From Macrostomum lignano (Eukaryota): 64,000 bases of DNA. Positions 1-16,500 of the stretch are shown here, in pieces (the stretch's first letter is position 1; every line of letters begins with the position of its first letter). Location: assembly GCA_002269645.1 (NCBI GenBank), contig NIVC01001265.1, positions 248,001-312,000 on the forward strand. The letters are read 5' to 3'. The notes beneath the pieces are model-generated. The model was not told where the DNA came from and searched no databases. It worked only from the letters and a program-made list of their open reading frames with translations. The translations under genes and the position numbers were made by a program.

Positions 1-836
1 CAAGAAATTGACTAAGCAACTCAATATGTTTTTAAGCTTTATGAAAGCTTTTTTGAGGCTTTTTTTCACTGTGGGGCCATGGCAGCCGCTGGAACACTAT
101 GGGGAATGCGGGAAGAAAGAGAAGGGAGAAACCGCACCCCTCCTCGCATACAAAGGCGAGCGGGTTGCTCCATTGTCGCAAAATTTGAGAGGAACTACCG
201 GGCGCAGTTCAAAGCCCCTCCCCCAACCCCAGCTGAGAGACAATGCCCTACCTGGCTGCAACAGCGCAGTTGGAAAGTTTCAGCACCAACATGGCAGCAT
301 GAGAGAAGGTAGAGAAACACACCGTCTTCCTTAAATGAATGTCTCAAAGGTAAAGAGAGAGAGAGAGAGTCGGAGAATCTGGTCACGCAAACTGCCGGAT
401 GAAGCAAACAATTGGATGAAGAGCGAGCGGATGGGAAGCTGGACAAGAGCAGACTGTCCGGCACCTTTGATGACGGCCTTTGAGAAGTTGAGACTCTGGA
501 GTGTGTACTTAATGGATGACAGGTGAATTGCTTGTTTTTTGTTTGTCCTGCTGCTAAGCTTGAGCTGGGATGATCGACTCACATCGCCAGCTTTGGCTAA
601 AGCTTGGTTAAACTCTTTGTTTATAGTTATTTAAAATCTTATGCTATGCTATCTTAGCAATTAGAATGCACTTTTAGACGATGTTAGAGCCATAGAAAAT
701 AATAATAGACAGTTATTCCTTAGTGATTAAGTTGTCCTTGTACCGAGCATATGTTGGAATGCTAATTTCGCAACAGCAATTGTAGCCAAAATACTTTTAA
801 CCATAGACAGTACAGACCGTAGAAACTTAAAATGGT

Positions 837-1027
837 CAAGGAGTTCCATAATTAGCAACCTGGAGTGGAAACGAGTTTTTCAGTTTTACCTCATGAGGCC
901 AGACTAGCATAGACAGAGTCAGACAGTGCCATAGACATTCAGTGCTGGCTCCTAATCTTTACAATTGGCGTGGCCTCATGATGTAAAACTCGTTTCCGCT
1001 CCAGATTGCTAATTATAGAACTCCTTG
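837..1027. mobile_element. MITE (191 bp) with ~57-bp terminal inverted repeats and 8-bp TSD; P-element-like or hAT-like
   Basis: The left end CAAGGAGTTCCATAATTAGCAACCTGGAGTGGAAACGAG...TTTTACCTCATGAGGCCA is the near-perfect reverse complement of the right end TGGCCTCATGATGTAAAACTCGTTTCCGCTCCAGATTGCTAATTATAGAACTCCTTG. AAAATGGT flanks both sides (829-836 and 1028-1035). Confidence 0.85.
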
Positions 1028-1074
1028 AAAATGGTGCATAAGCATAAGTTAAAGATATTGTACTAACGAACGGT

Positions 1075-1225
1075 CGCGGTCGGCAAAGAGGAGAGAAGAG
1101 AAGAAAGGGACAGAGAAAATAGAGAAGAGAAAAGATAGATAGGAGAAAGGAGATACTAGGGAAGATATGAGATAGGAGAGCAGCGATGAGAGGAGAGAAG
1201 GAAGAGAGCTGAGAAGAGACACAAA
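1075..1225. repeat. GA-rich low-complexity tract
   Basis: Degenerate GAGAAGAGA purine run. Confidence 0.7.
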
Positions 1226-1821
1226 CCTTGAGCGATTGCTATTGTGAAGTTTCAAAGGACCCGAGGTCCGGATAGAGAGGCTTCGCGGGCCGGAGTTTTG
1301 GCTTCAGCGTCAGCTGCAAAATTGGCATTCTAACTTATGCTTGGTATTCTTCGCAGTTGATATTGATAGAATAAACAGAAAAAAGCATTTTAGGCATTAG
1401 GCATTTCAACATTAAGTATGGACTAGCAACCAAATATTGTTGAGAGCGGGAAAAATTTGAAAATGTTATTCGTTTATACGTATGTACTAAATTGCGTAAA
1501 AGTATATTGCACACATTAAAATATTTTAATACCGACTTGCTGATTGCGAGAGACTGAAAGAGTTTGGAATTGCAGCTGCAAGGCGCCCGCTTCCCACCGC
1601 TCATGGAACTGGCAGGCAAATTACATTAAAATAGCGTGCATTATAAAAGTACTTTTTGCACTCCAGACTGTGAACTACTGCTGTAAGCACGCTGTGTCTG
1701 GCGTTCTTAACTGCATGACTGCATGACTGCATGATTCAAAGTCTCACACACTCATTTAAAATCTTATTCTCCTTGATTTAAAACTATACAAATAGTCAAT
1801 CAAAATTGCAAACTCATTTAT

Positions 1822-1995
1822 TCAATACCTCACACCTGGTCATTCAAGTTCCCTCACACACAGGGATTCAATACCTCACACCTGGTCATTCAAGTTCCCT
1901 CACACACAGGGATTCAAAACCTCACACCTGGTCATTCAAGTTCCCTCACACACAGGGATTCAATACCTCACACCTGGTCATTCACAAGTCTCACA
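1822..1995. repeat. ~46-bp minisatellite, about 3.5 copies
   Basis: Unit AATACCTCACACCTGGTCATTCAAGTTCCCTCACACACAGGGATTC. Confidence 0.85.
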
Positions 1996-2131
1996 CAGCT
2001 CAGCCAGTGAGCAGAGACAGGGACTGATCAACATGATCATGATCAACAGGATGCTCAACTTGCAAATCATCCGCGTTCCCAACAGAACTCTCTCTAGCGG
2101 CTTTCGCAGCGAGTTGGTCCAGCTTTTCAAT

Positions 2132-4110
2132 TTAGTTGACTATATATGAGCTACTATATGTACACCAGCTCAGATCAAGTGTACAGCACCGAGGCAGCGG
2201 CGGTAGCGGCGGCAGCGGCGGCAGCGGCGGCAGCGGCAGCGACACCAACGGCGGCCAATCCAGCGGCGCCTTTCGCTGCGCCACGCCTCCCCTCCGCGGC
2301 CCGTCAGAGTCGGTCAGCCGCAGGCCTGGCCGCGGCCACGGCCCCGGCAGGTAGCAGAGCCTGTCGCCAAGGCCCGCGGCCGGCGGCAGCTGGCAGTGCA
2401 GCTGCCAATCGCCCAAGTCGTTGCCGCCGGCGCAGACGTATCGACCTGGCGCCAGCGAGCGACACCCCGTCACCAAGTCGACATACGGCCGGTCCTGAAG
2501 GTGCTCGGCGAACTGCGGCCCGGTGCAGCCGGCAGCAGGCGGCGCCCAAAAGTGCAGCCGCTCCAGGCGCGGCTGGCCCCAGAATCTGCAGGTCAGATTC
2601 TCAACCGGCAGGCTGACGTCAGCGTCGCTTGATCGACGGAGCGACCGGCCGTCGGCCAGTAGGAGGGCTCGAACTCGAGACTGCACGCCAACGTATTTGA
2701 CAACGTCTACGTAGCGGCGAGTGGCGTTGTCGCCGTCATCGACCAATTGCACGCGGAGCTTGTAGAGGCCCTGGGAGGGGGATCGGGCAGGTAAAGCACC
2801 TGTTGCACACTTGAAGTTCTTAATCCTTTGCCTTGAGCTATAATAAACTCTATTGCGTACTCCCTCATTTCCTGTCTACTCCTTCACTTCCTGTCTACTC
2901 CTTCACTTCCTGTCTACTCCTTCACTTCCTGTCTACTCCTTCACTTCCTGTCTACTCCCTCACTTCCTGTCTACTCCTTCACTTCCTGTCTACTCCTTCA
3001 CTTCCTGTCTACTCCCTCACTTCCTGTCTACTCCTTCACTTCCTGTCTACTCCTTCACTTCCTTTCTACTCCTTCACTTCCTGTCTACTCCCTCACTTCC
3101 TGTCTACTTCCTCACTTCCTGTCTACTCCTTCACTTCCTGTCTACTCCCTCACTTCCTGTCTACTTCCTCACTTCCTGTCTACTCCTTCACTTCCTGTCT
3201 ACTCCTTCACTTCCTGTCTACTCCCTCAGTCTCCATCTCCCTCAGTCTCCATCTCCCTCAGTCTCCATCTCCCTCAGTCTCCATCTCCCTCAGTCTCCAT
3301 CTCCCTCAGTCTCCATCTCCCTCAGTCTCCATCTCCCTCAGTCTCCATCTCCCTCAGTCTCCATCTCCCTCAGTCTCCATCTCCCTCAGTCTCCATCTCC
3401 CTCAGTCTCCATCTCCCTCAGTCTCCATCTCCCTCAGTCTCCATCTCCCTCAGTCTCCATCTCCCTCAGTCTCCATCTCCCTCAGTCTCCATCTCCCTCA
3501 GTCTCCATCTCCCTCAGTCTCCATCTCCCTCAGTCTCCATCTCCCTCAGTCTCCATCTCCCTCAGTCTCCATCTCCCTCAGTCTCCATCTCCCTCAGTCT
3601 CCATCTCCCTCAGTCTCCATCTCCCTCAGTCTCCATCTCCCTCAGTCTCCATCTCCCTCAGTCTCCATCTCCCTCAGTCTCCATCTCCCTCAGTCTCCAT
3701 CTCCCTCAGTCTCCATCTCCCTCAGTCTCCATCTCCCTCAGTCTCCATCTCCCTCAGTCTCCATCTCCCTCAGTCTCCATCTCCCTCAGTCTCCATCTCC
3801 CTGCGCCAGCCACACGCACCTGAAAATAGTCTGAGCTCGCACTGGCCTGGTACCTCGGGCCGACCTTCAGCAGCCGGAAGCCGGTCCTGGGCAGCAGTTT
3901 GTACCAGCGAAACCGCTGATCTGGCAGCCAGAGGTCGCCAACATAGTGAGGCTGATGCGCAAGGAAGCGCACCGTGTCGTTGGCTCTGGGACTGCGGGGC
4001 ACCCAGCTGAAGTCGAAGTCGAACAGGTTCAGGCCTGTAGAGGAGGCCGCTGCCACGGTCAGAGGTGCCCCAACCAGACAGCCCAGAGCTGCCAGCACCG
4101 CTGCAGTCAT
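2132..4110 (-). CDS. Secreted Ig-like domain protein, 2 exons (4110-3820, 2770-2132), ~309 aa
   Basis: Starts with the hydrophobic N-terminus MTAAVLAALGCLVGAPLTVAAA. Donor TTTCAG|GTGCGT and acceptor CTCCCAG|GGCCTC join in phase 0 (DYFQ|GLYKL). The motif LTCRFWG...HFW...GRYVCAGGNDLG resembles an Ig I-set domain (C...W...GxYxCxxxNxxG). Confidence 0.7.
2860..3801. repeat. Two abutting intronic minisatellites: 19-bp (CTTCACTTCCTGTCTACTC, ~2860-3225) and 16-bp (CTCCATCTCCCTCAGT, ~3226-3801)
   Basis: Directly visible tandem units filling the intron of the Ig-like gene. Confidence 0.95.
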
Positions 4111-4631
4111 AACTGAAGAGAGCCAGTTGTCTTTCTAAATTTGTCTAACAAATCATTCATTGGACTTCCTATTTTATTCCCTCATCGTCAGTGGAGGCTG
4201 GGAAGACCGCCTCAGCGCCATTGGCTCTCGGCTGACGGTGAGGCTAAGAGAGTGGAAGAGAGAGATGAAGCGACTCAACCAAGGAGACTTTGAGCAGGAG
4301 TCTGGAAAGGATCAGCAGGTAGTGAGGGGGGGGGGCGTTTTACAGCCTTCGCATCATCCAAAATTCTTCCTAGTCAATCTCTCGAGGAAGTTTTTCCATT
4401 GATTAGCACTAAATTCCCAGCATCTCACCTCCTGGACTTACGAATTACAATCAGAGCAAAGTGTGTTGCTTTTCTGAGGTTTGACTCGCACATTTCTATA
4501 GACAGAAAATAGAACCAGGTTACAGTTAATCCCATGGAAGAAGTCGATGAGTTTTTAAGTCTCTGCGCTGTGTGTCTTGAAATTTGATGATTTGGGAAGG
4601 AAGGAAAGGCAGGCCAGGTGACCAGACTTAT

Positions 4632-4826
4632 AGGGCCGTATGCAGAAAGCTCTGTCTAGGGTAGTTCGGTCTTGAAAAGCTAGTCTGGACTTGGATTTGG
4701 TATGCAGAAACACAAAGTTAGACCAGTCTACTATAGCAGAACTAGGGTAGCTGGACCATAGACTATAGACTGAACTACCCAAGTCCGGACTAGCTAGTCT
4801 GGACTAGGCTTTCTGCATACGGCCCT
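4632..4826. mobile_element. MITE-like element with 19-bp perfect terminal inverted repeats
   Basis: AGGGCCGTATGCAGAAAGC (4632-4650) and GCTTTCTGCATACGGCCCT (4808-4826). No clean TSD is visible. Confidence 0.6.
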
Positions 4827-5990
4827 CTGTTTTAGGCCTCCTTGACTCAAGCCATGCAGCTCACTTTAGAACGCTATAGCCTTGAAGTTGGGATAAAAAA
4901 GCCAGGGAGCTGTTTCTCCATCCAGCTTCCCATCGGATATTTTAAAGCTTGCTTCCTTCACTGGGATTTACTGGGCTGACAGCGCAAAGCTCTCTAATTG
5001 ATTATACAAGCAGCGGATCCGGCCGACTCGAGAGCTGTGGGAGAATTTGAACCGAATCCTGTTCGATTGTCTTCAAAAGTTATTCTCGAGGCGAAGGAAT
5101 CAGAGGAAAAAACTGAAAAATGTTGCATTCGTGAAGCTGCTGGATGGATTGATGATGGATTTATCTTCAGTCTCAAATTACTCGAGTACGCTCCATGAGA
5201 GCTGAGCAGCTGAAGGTGTTTGCCAAGTAGAGTTCTCTCGCGCACTGCCACTTGATTGATTGATCCGGCAGCTCCGGAATCGGGAATGAAAGTTGAAAGG
5301 TTGGCCAACTTTCATCGCCCATCCCAATGGCACTTGAGGCTGCGCTGGCTTGGCCTCTCGCTTTACGAATTCGCATCAGATTTCACCCCGGAGACCAAAT
5401 TGTCAAATTGGTTCAAATTTTGCGATGCCAATCGATTTGCGTCTCAAATGTCTCAACTCGGCTTTAGCAGTAGCAGTTCCGCAGAAGATTAGCATGTAAA
5501 ATATTAATAAACAGCCCTCGATATGCTCGCGCCGGCATCTTTGGCGGCTATCAACCGATCCTATGGGAGATTGGGGATAAATTAATGAGACAGCGAGTTC
5601 ATCGTTTCGTAAAACTATTCGGAAATTTCACCTCTTAGCCGGGACTTCCTATGGTGGAGCAGTCACGCTTTTGAGGTTGGCATCTCTGGCCCTGCAGGTG
5701 TGCCCGTCTCCACTTGCCGTTCTATTATCCCACTTAATTTGTGTCATGCAAGTTACGTAACACCTGGCTGACTCCAAGCTGCGTCACTTCCTCTTGAAAA
5801 TGGGAGATAGCTGGAGCTGGTCTGGGTGCCAGGTGGAGAGCTGGGGAAGTCTGCAACATCATTAATCTGTCCTGTTCCCAGTGCTCTGCTCCCACTTTTC
5901 TCTCGCTTTGCTGATCAAATTGCCGCACCTGATTTTGCTTCTAGTGCCCACTTTCCTCGTCTCGCCACTCTGGGGCTGTCTGTCTTTCTG

Positions 5991-10163
<4,173 letters not shown>

Positions 10164-10574
10164 TAGCGAGCAGCCTCAATACTATGGTTAGAGAGTGGCA
10201 CTTGTTGAGACCATGGCTGGCTTTTCTTCCCTCCCCTGACTGACTATATATATACACAGAGGCTGAACTGTGGTGCAATAAAATTTGCATAAGAGAAGGA
10301 AGCGACTGCCCACGAGGATCACAGCCGGCTCAGCTCACTGAGGTGGGTGGCAAGAGCCGGCAGCGATAAACTGATTCAATAATTTGCTAAATTAAATTGC
10401 CGCAAAAAGCTAAGGGAATTTTAGATGAGAAGGCTGCGACGGATGGACAGACAACCTTGAGCAAATCTTGGACTGGAGTCTTGCCGACTTGAATAAGAAT
10501 GATTAAAACTGTAATGCCATTTTCCCTTAGGCTAATTTACATTAGACTAGGCTGTCCCAGTCTCACACCGCCAC

Positions 10575-11135
10575 CCTCCCAGATCCTCAGTTGTTGGGCC
10601 AGCCTCCCAGATCCTCAGTTTCTAGGCAAGCCTCCCAGATCCTCAGTTGCTGGGCAAGCCTCACAGATCCCCAGTTGCTGGGCCAGCCTCCCAGATCCTC
10701 AGTTGTTGGGCCAGCCTCCCAGATCCTCAGTTGTTGGGCCAGCCTCCCAGATCCTCAGTTGTTGGGCCAGCCTCCCAGATCCTCAGTTGTTGGGCCAGCC
10801 TCCCAGATCCTCAGTTTCTAGGCAAGCCTCCCAGATCCTCAGTTGCTGGGCAAGCCTCACAGATCCCCAGTTGCTGGGCCAGCCTCCCAGATCCTCAGTT
10901 GTTGGGCCAGCCTCCCAGATCCTCAGTTGCTGGGCAAGCCTCCCAGATCCTCAGTTGCTGGGCCAGCCTCCCAGATCCTCAGTTGTTGGGCCAGCCTCCC
11001 AGATACTCAGTTGCTGGGCCAGCCTCCCAGATACTCAGTTGCTGGGCCAGACTCCCAGATACTCAGTTGCTGGGCCAGACTCCCAGATACTCAGTTGCTG
11101 GGCCAGACTCCCAGATACTCAGTTGCTGGGCCAAG
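10575..11135. repeat. 28-bp minisatellite family, locus 1 (CCTCCCAGATCCTCAGTTGCTGGGCCAG)
   Basis: Tandem units; the same family recurs at three other loci. Confidence 0.95.
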
Positions 11136-11159
11136 CCTCTAAGATCCTTATCCTTATTT

Positions 11160-11470
11160 GCTGTCCTAGTGTCAGACTGGGCTGTCCTAGTGTCAGACTG
11201 GGCTGTCCTAGTGTCAGACTGGGCTGTCCTAGTGTCAGACTGGGCTGTCCTAGTGTCAGACTGGGCTGTCCTAGTGTCAGACTGGGCTGTCCTAGTGTCA
11301 GACTGGGCTGTCCTAGTGTCAGACTGGGCTGTCCTAGTGTCAGACTGGGCTGTCCTAGTATCGGACTGGGCTGTCCTAGTGTCAGACTGGGCTGTCCTAG
11401 TGTCAGACTGGGCTGTCCTAGTGTCAGACTGGACTGTCCTAGTGTCAGACTGGACTGTCCTAGTGTCAGA
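11160..11470. repeat. 21-bp minisatellite (CTGTCCTAGTGTCAGACTGGG)
   Basis: About 14 near-identical units. Confidence 0.95.
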
Positions 11471-11739
11471 CATGGCTGTTGTCCGCAGGATAAAAGCGGG
11501 GGTCCCAGACATTTAGCGAATAAATAAATCGATAAAAAGTTGCGCTGATAAATGAGGCCCGGGAAAGCAAACTGGCCAGATTGGGAGCAAGGCACTCTTG
11601 AGGAGAGGGGAGTTTACTAAACCCCAACTCTTCTGTAACGATGTTCCCAAAGAAAAGTGCAATCGTGTATAGGCCTGATAGAAATTCCAATGCACTATTG
11701 AATCCAAACACACTGAATTCACTGTTGCAATAATATCAT

Positions 11740-12392
11740 CAGTTGTTGGGCAGCCTCCCAAATCCTCAGTTGTTGGGCCAGACTCCTGGATCCTCAGTTG
11801 TTGGGCCAGACTCCCAGATACTCAGTTGCTGGGCCAGACTACCAGATACTCAGTTGCTGGGCAAGCCTCCCAGATCCTCAGTTACTGGGCCAGCCTCCCA
11901 GATCCTCATTTTCTGGGCTAGCCTCCCAGATCCTCAGTTGCTGGGCCAGCCTCCCAGATCCTCAGTTGCTGGGCCAGCCTCCCAGATCCTCAGTTGCTGG
12001 GCCAGCCTCCCAGATCCTCAGTTGCTGAGCCAGCCTCCCAGATCCTCAGTTGCTGGGCCAGCCTCCCAGATCCTCAGTTGCTGGGCCAGCCTCCCAGATC
12101 CTCAGTTGCTGGGCCAGCCTCCCAGATCCTCAGTTGCTGGGCCAGCCTCCCAGATCCTCAGTTGCTGGGCCAGCCTCCCAGATCCTCAGTTGCTGGGCCA
12201 GCCTCCCAGATCCTCAGTTGCTGGGCAGCCACCCAGATCCTCAGTCGCTGGGCAGCCACCCAGATCCTCAGTTGCTGGGCCAGCCTCCCAGATCCTCAGT
12301 TGCTGGGCCAGCCTCCCAGATCCTCAGTCACTGGGCCAGCCTCCCAGATCCTCAGTTGCTGGGCCAGCCTCCCAGATCCTCAGTTGCTGGGC
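11740..12392. repeat. 28-bp minisatellite family, locus 2
   Basis: Same unit as 10575-11135. Confidence 0.95.
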
Positions 12393-12516
12393 CACAGCAA
12401 AGCTCGCCAATAATAAAATTGCTTTGGCAGTCAAATATGTAAATAGAAACAGCATTTCAGCCAAAACTTTCATGGATAGATTTAGACACAGAGAGAGAGA
12501 GATAGAGGGAGGGAGG

Positions 12517-12559
<43 letters not shown>

Positions 12560-13086
12560 GCAGAGAATTATTGCTCGCGATGCGCTCCACAAATAACGCC
12601 ACAGAAACGTCAGTACAGATTAGTAGCTGAGCCCGCACGCCCCGAGGAGATCTCCAAGGAAGCCACGCGGCGCCTCGTTGCGTCATTCAGGAAGCCTTGC
12701 TCACCAGCAGCTACGCTCGCCCGAACTCCACAGCGAATTCCATAATCAAAATGGACGGCCACGGCCGTCTGTCTCATTTTTGAGTCCGCGTGCCGCGCTG
12801 AAATTGCGGCAAATTGATTGCGTAACAATGAAGAGGCAATTATTTTTGAGTGAATTATGGAGTTCTGCCGATTGGTGATTGCTTTTCTCAGTCAGAAACA
12901 GAGGGAACTGAGTTTTTGACTTTCTGCAGAATGTAAAATATCGAAACAAAATGTCTTGAAAAAGAGGCTTATTTTCTTTATCAGTAGTAATATTCGTGTT
13001 TTTTAATTTTAACTGAAAGGAAAATTAGCAGTTATTCTATTGTGCAAAAACCGCTGTGGTGTTTTATTAGGAGCAACTGTATGGGT

Positions 13087-13523
<437 letters not shown>

Positions 13524-16500
13524 TTAGTCCAGCTGAAGTTGTATTCCTCGCGTCAGTCCGACAGCGCCAGGCGCCAGCAGTTGGCGCCAGACCGAGGCGC
13601 AGTCGGGCCGATCGGCTCTCCAGGTGAGCAGCAGGGAGCCGGCGGGCTGCCACGGCAGTCGCGGCAGACTTTCCGGACTGCCGAGTTCCACGGCGATCTC
13701 CAGTCGCGCTTCGGTCAGCGACGCGGCCGGCAGGGGAAACCTGACGGCTTTGTGCGACCACCGGAAATTCCCGATTGACGCCGCCGCCGGACACTGCGGC
13801 GGAACGGGCGGCCACTTGCGCAGCTTGACGCAGCGGCCTCCAGGCGTCAGGCGCAGGCGGATGGCGACCCTGCAGCTGTAGAGGCGTCCGGACTCCTGCG
13901 GCAGCGGTAGGGCGGTGCACTCCAGAAGGCGCACGAAGAGGTCCAGCCGTTCACCCTCTGCCGCGGCCGTCGGCGTCGTCTCCAGCAGGATTCGGCCGCG
14001 GCTTTCGGGCGGACAGCTGACTGGCCGCTCCAGGCGCTTCCACATGCATAGGCGGTGAGCTCCTTGAAGGTCGGGCTGGACCAGGCCGGTGCCCAGGACG
14101 ATGACGCTGCTGCCCTTCCTGCTGCTGCTGTTGCTGTCAGCTGCGGAATCGAGCTTGCGACCTCTGTCTTTGGCTAAAACATCAGTTTGGTATGTTATTT
14201 TGGCATGTCCGTAATGGCTAATGAATCTGAGCTAATTGTTGCTAATGAATCTGAGCTAATTGTTGCTAATGAATCTGGGCTAATTGTTGCTAATGAATCT
14301 GAGCTAATTGTTGCTAATGAATCTGAGCTAATTGTTGCTAATGAATCTGGGCTAATTGTTGCTAATGAATCTGAGCTAATTTTTGCTAATGAATCTGGGC
14401 TAACTGTTGCTAATGAATCTGAGCTAACTGTTGCTAATGAATCTGAGCTAATTGTTGCTAATGAATCTGAGCTAATTGTTGCTAATGAATCTGAGCTAAT
14501 TGTTGCTAATGAATCTGAACTAATTGTTGCTAATGAATCTGGGCTAATTGTTGCTAATGAATCTGGGCTAATTGTTGCTAATGAATCTGGGCTAATTGTT
14601 GCTAATGAATCTGGGCTAATTGTTGCTAATGAATCTGGGCTAATTGTTGCTAATGAATCTGGGCTAATTGTTGCTAATGAATCTGAGCTAATTGTTGCTA
14701 ATGAATCGGAGCTAATTGTTGCTAATGAATCTGAGCTAACTGTTGCTAATGAATCTGGGCTAATTGTTGCTAATGAATCTGGGCTAATTGTTGCTAATGA
14801 ATCGGAGCTAATTGTTGCTAATGAATCTGAGCTAACTGTTGCTAATGAATCTGAGCTAACTCTTGCTATTACAAGCGCGTACTATAAGCTAATTTTAGTT
14901 AATGTGCTGAGCTAATTTTAGTTAATGTGCTGAGCTAATTTCTGTTAATTTCAGTAAAATGCTTTGATCGCACCGTAACCTCGCTCGCAGCTTCCAGTCC
15001 CAGAATTCCGATTGTCAACCGACTCATCGGTTGCCATAGCAACAATTCGCAGCAGCTCCAGCTGGATTTTGGGTTTCACAACTCCAACGAGGCGGTCGGA
15101 AATTCGGAACACCGTGGGGGCGCCCGAAGCGGTGCACCAGTTGTGAGCTGGCGATGCCGCCGTGCTGAGCTCCTCGCTCTTGAGGCGGCACGGACCGTCA
15201 AAGGTGACCACCAGGCGGCACTGGTAGCTGCTGTGCTGCTGCTCGCCAGCCTCCTCGGGCTCCCCGACCTGCTCCTGGCTGAGGCACGGCCGTGCCTTCA
15301 CGATGCCGATGCTGTACATCCGCTCCGCCGGGTTGCTCTGTACAAACAGCAGCAGCAGCCAGTCTGCTGGCCCGCACGGACCTGCAAAGGTGTGGGATGG
15401 CAGCCAGTATGGTCTGGTTGGGGAATGGGTGTGGGATGGCAGCCAGTCTGGTCTGACTGGGGAATGGGTGTGGGATGGCAGCCAGTATGGTCTGGTTGGG
15501 GAATGGGTGTGGGATGGCAGCCAGTCTAATCTGATTGGGGAATGGGTGTGGGATGGCAGCCAGTCTGGTCTGACTGGGGAATGGGTGTGGGATGGCAGCC
15601 AGTCTGGTCTGGTTGGGGAATGGGTGTGGGATGGCAGCCAGTCTGGTCTGACTGGGGAATGGGTGTGGGATGGCAGCCAGTATGGTCTGGTTGGGGAATG
15701 GGTGTGGGATGGCAGCCAGTCTGGTCTGACTGGGGAATGGGTGTGGGATGGCAGCCAGTATGGTCTGGTTGGGGAATGGGTGTGGGATGGCAGCCAGTCT
15801 GGTCTGATTGGGGAATGGGTGTGGGATGGCAGCCAGCCTGGTCTGATGGGGGATTTAACTTATGAAATTCAGAACATCTTGCTTTGTAACTTCAGTTACG
15901 AATTATCTAATGCTTAAAAAACTGTACTCACTACTATCTAAGCAGCCATTTTCAGTAGTAGCACCGCATTCACTAAGCCAGATAATAAGTTGACTGATAG
16001 CCCCCTGATTAAGGACCCAACAATACGGGGTCTTAACAAGCTCTGAGTGGCTCATGCGTGTCAAGGCAGGGGCTTAGCTTACAGGTACGCGGACGGGCCC
16101 TCATTCCAACGCGGTTAATTGGCTGTTTCGAAAGAGTTCCGCCTACTTAATTTGGCAAAATAGCTCGGCCTAGGGGAAGCCGCTAGTTCGAACTTTGAAA
16201 GCAGGAAAGAAAAAATTTGGCAGAAAAATACACAAAGGCGCTATAGGGGTCGGAAAAAGTGAAGCGTTCATGCTCAGTTGACTAAAACAGGCCGTTAGAA
16301 GGCACCGATGAAGTGCTAGCAGACTCTAAGGAACTTTAAGGTGTATTAGAAGGAACAGGGTGTGCTAGAAGGGCAAGGTGTGCTAGAAGGGACAGGTGTG
16401 CTAGAAGGGACAGGTGTGCTAGAAGGGCAAGGTGTGCTAGAAGGGACAGGTGTGCTAGAAGGGACAGGTGTGCTAGAAGGGACAGGTGTGCTAGAAGGGA

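Noticed and set aside
8-600. Short ORFs at the window start
   Set aside because: No recognisable domains or consistent exon chain.
10575-12392. CRISPR-like palindromic 28-bp repeats
   Set aside because: The units are directly adjacent with no unique spacers, there are no cas genes, and the context is eukaryotic.
14187-14915. 242-aa (ANESELIV)n ORF and the VLEGTG/ARRDRC ORFs at 16.3-18.3 kb
   Set aside because: These are intronic minisatellites antisense to the Syt-like gene, with no unique coding context.
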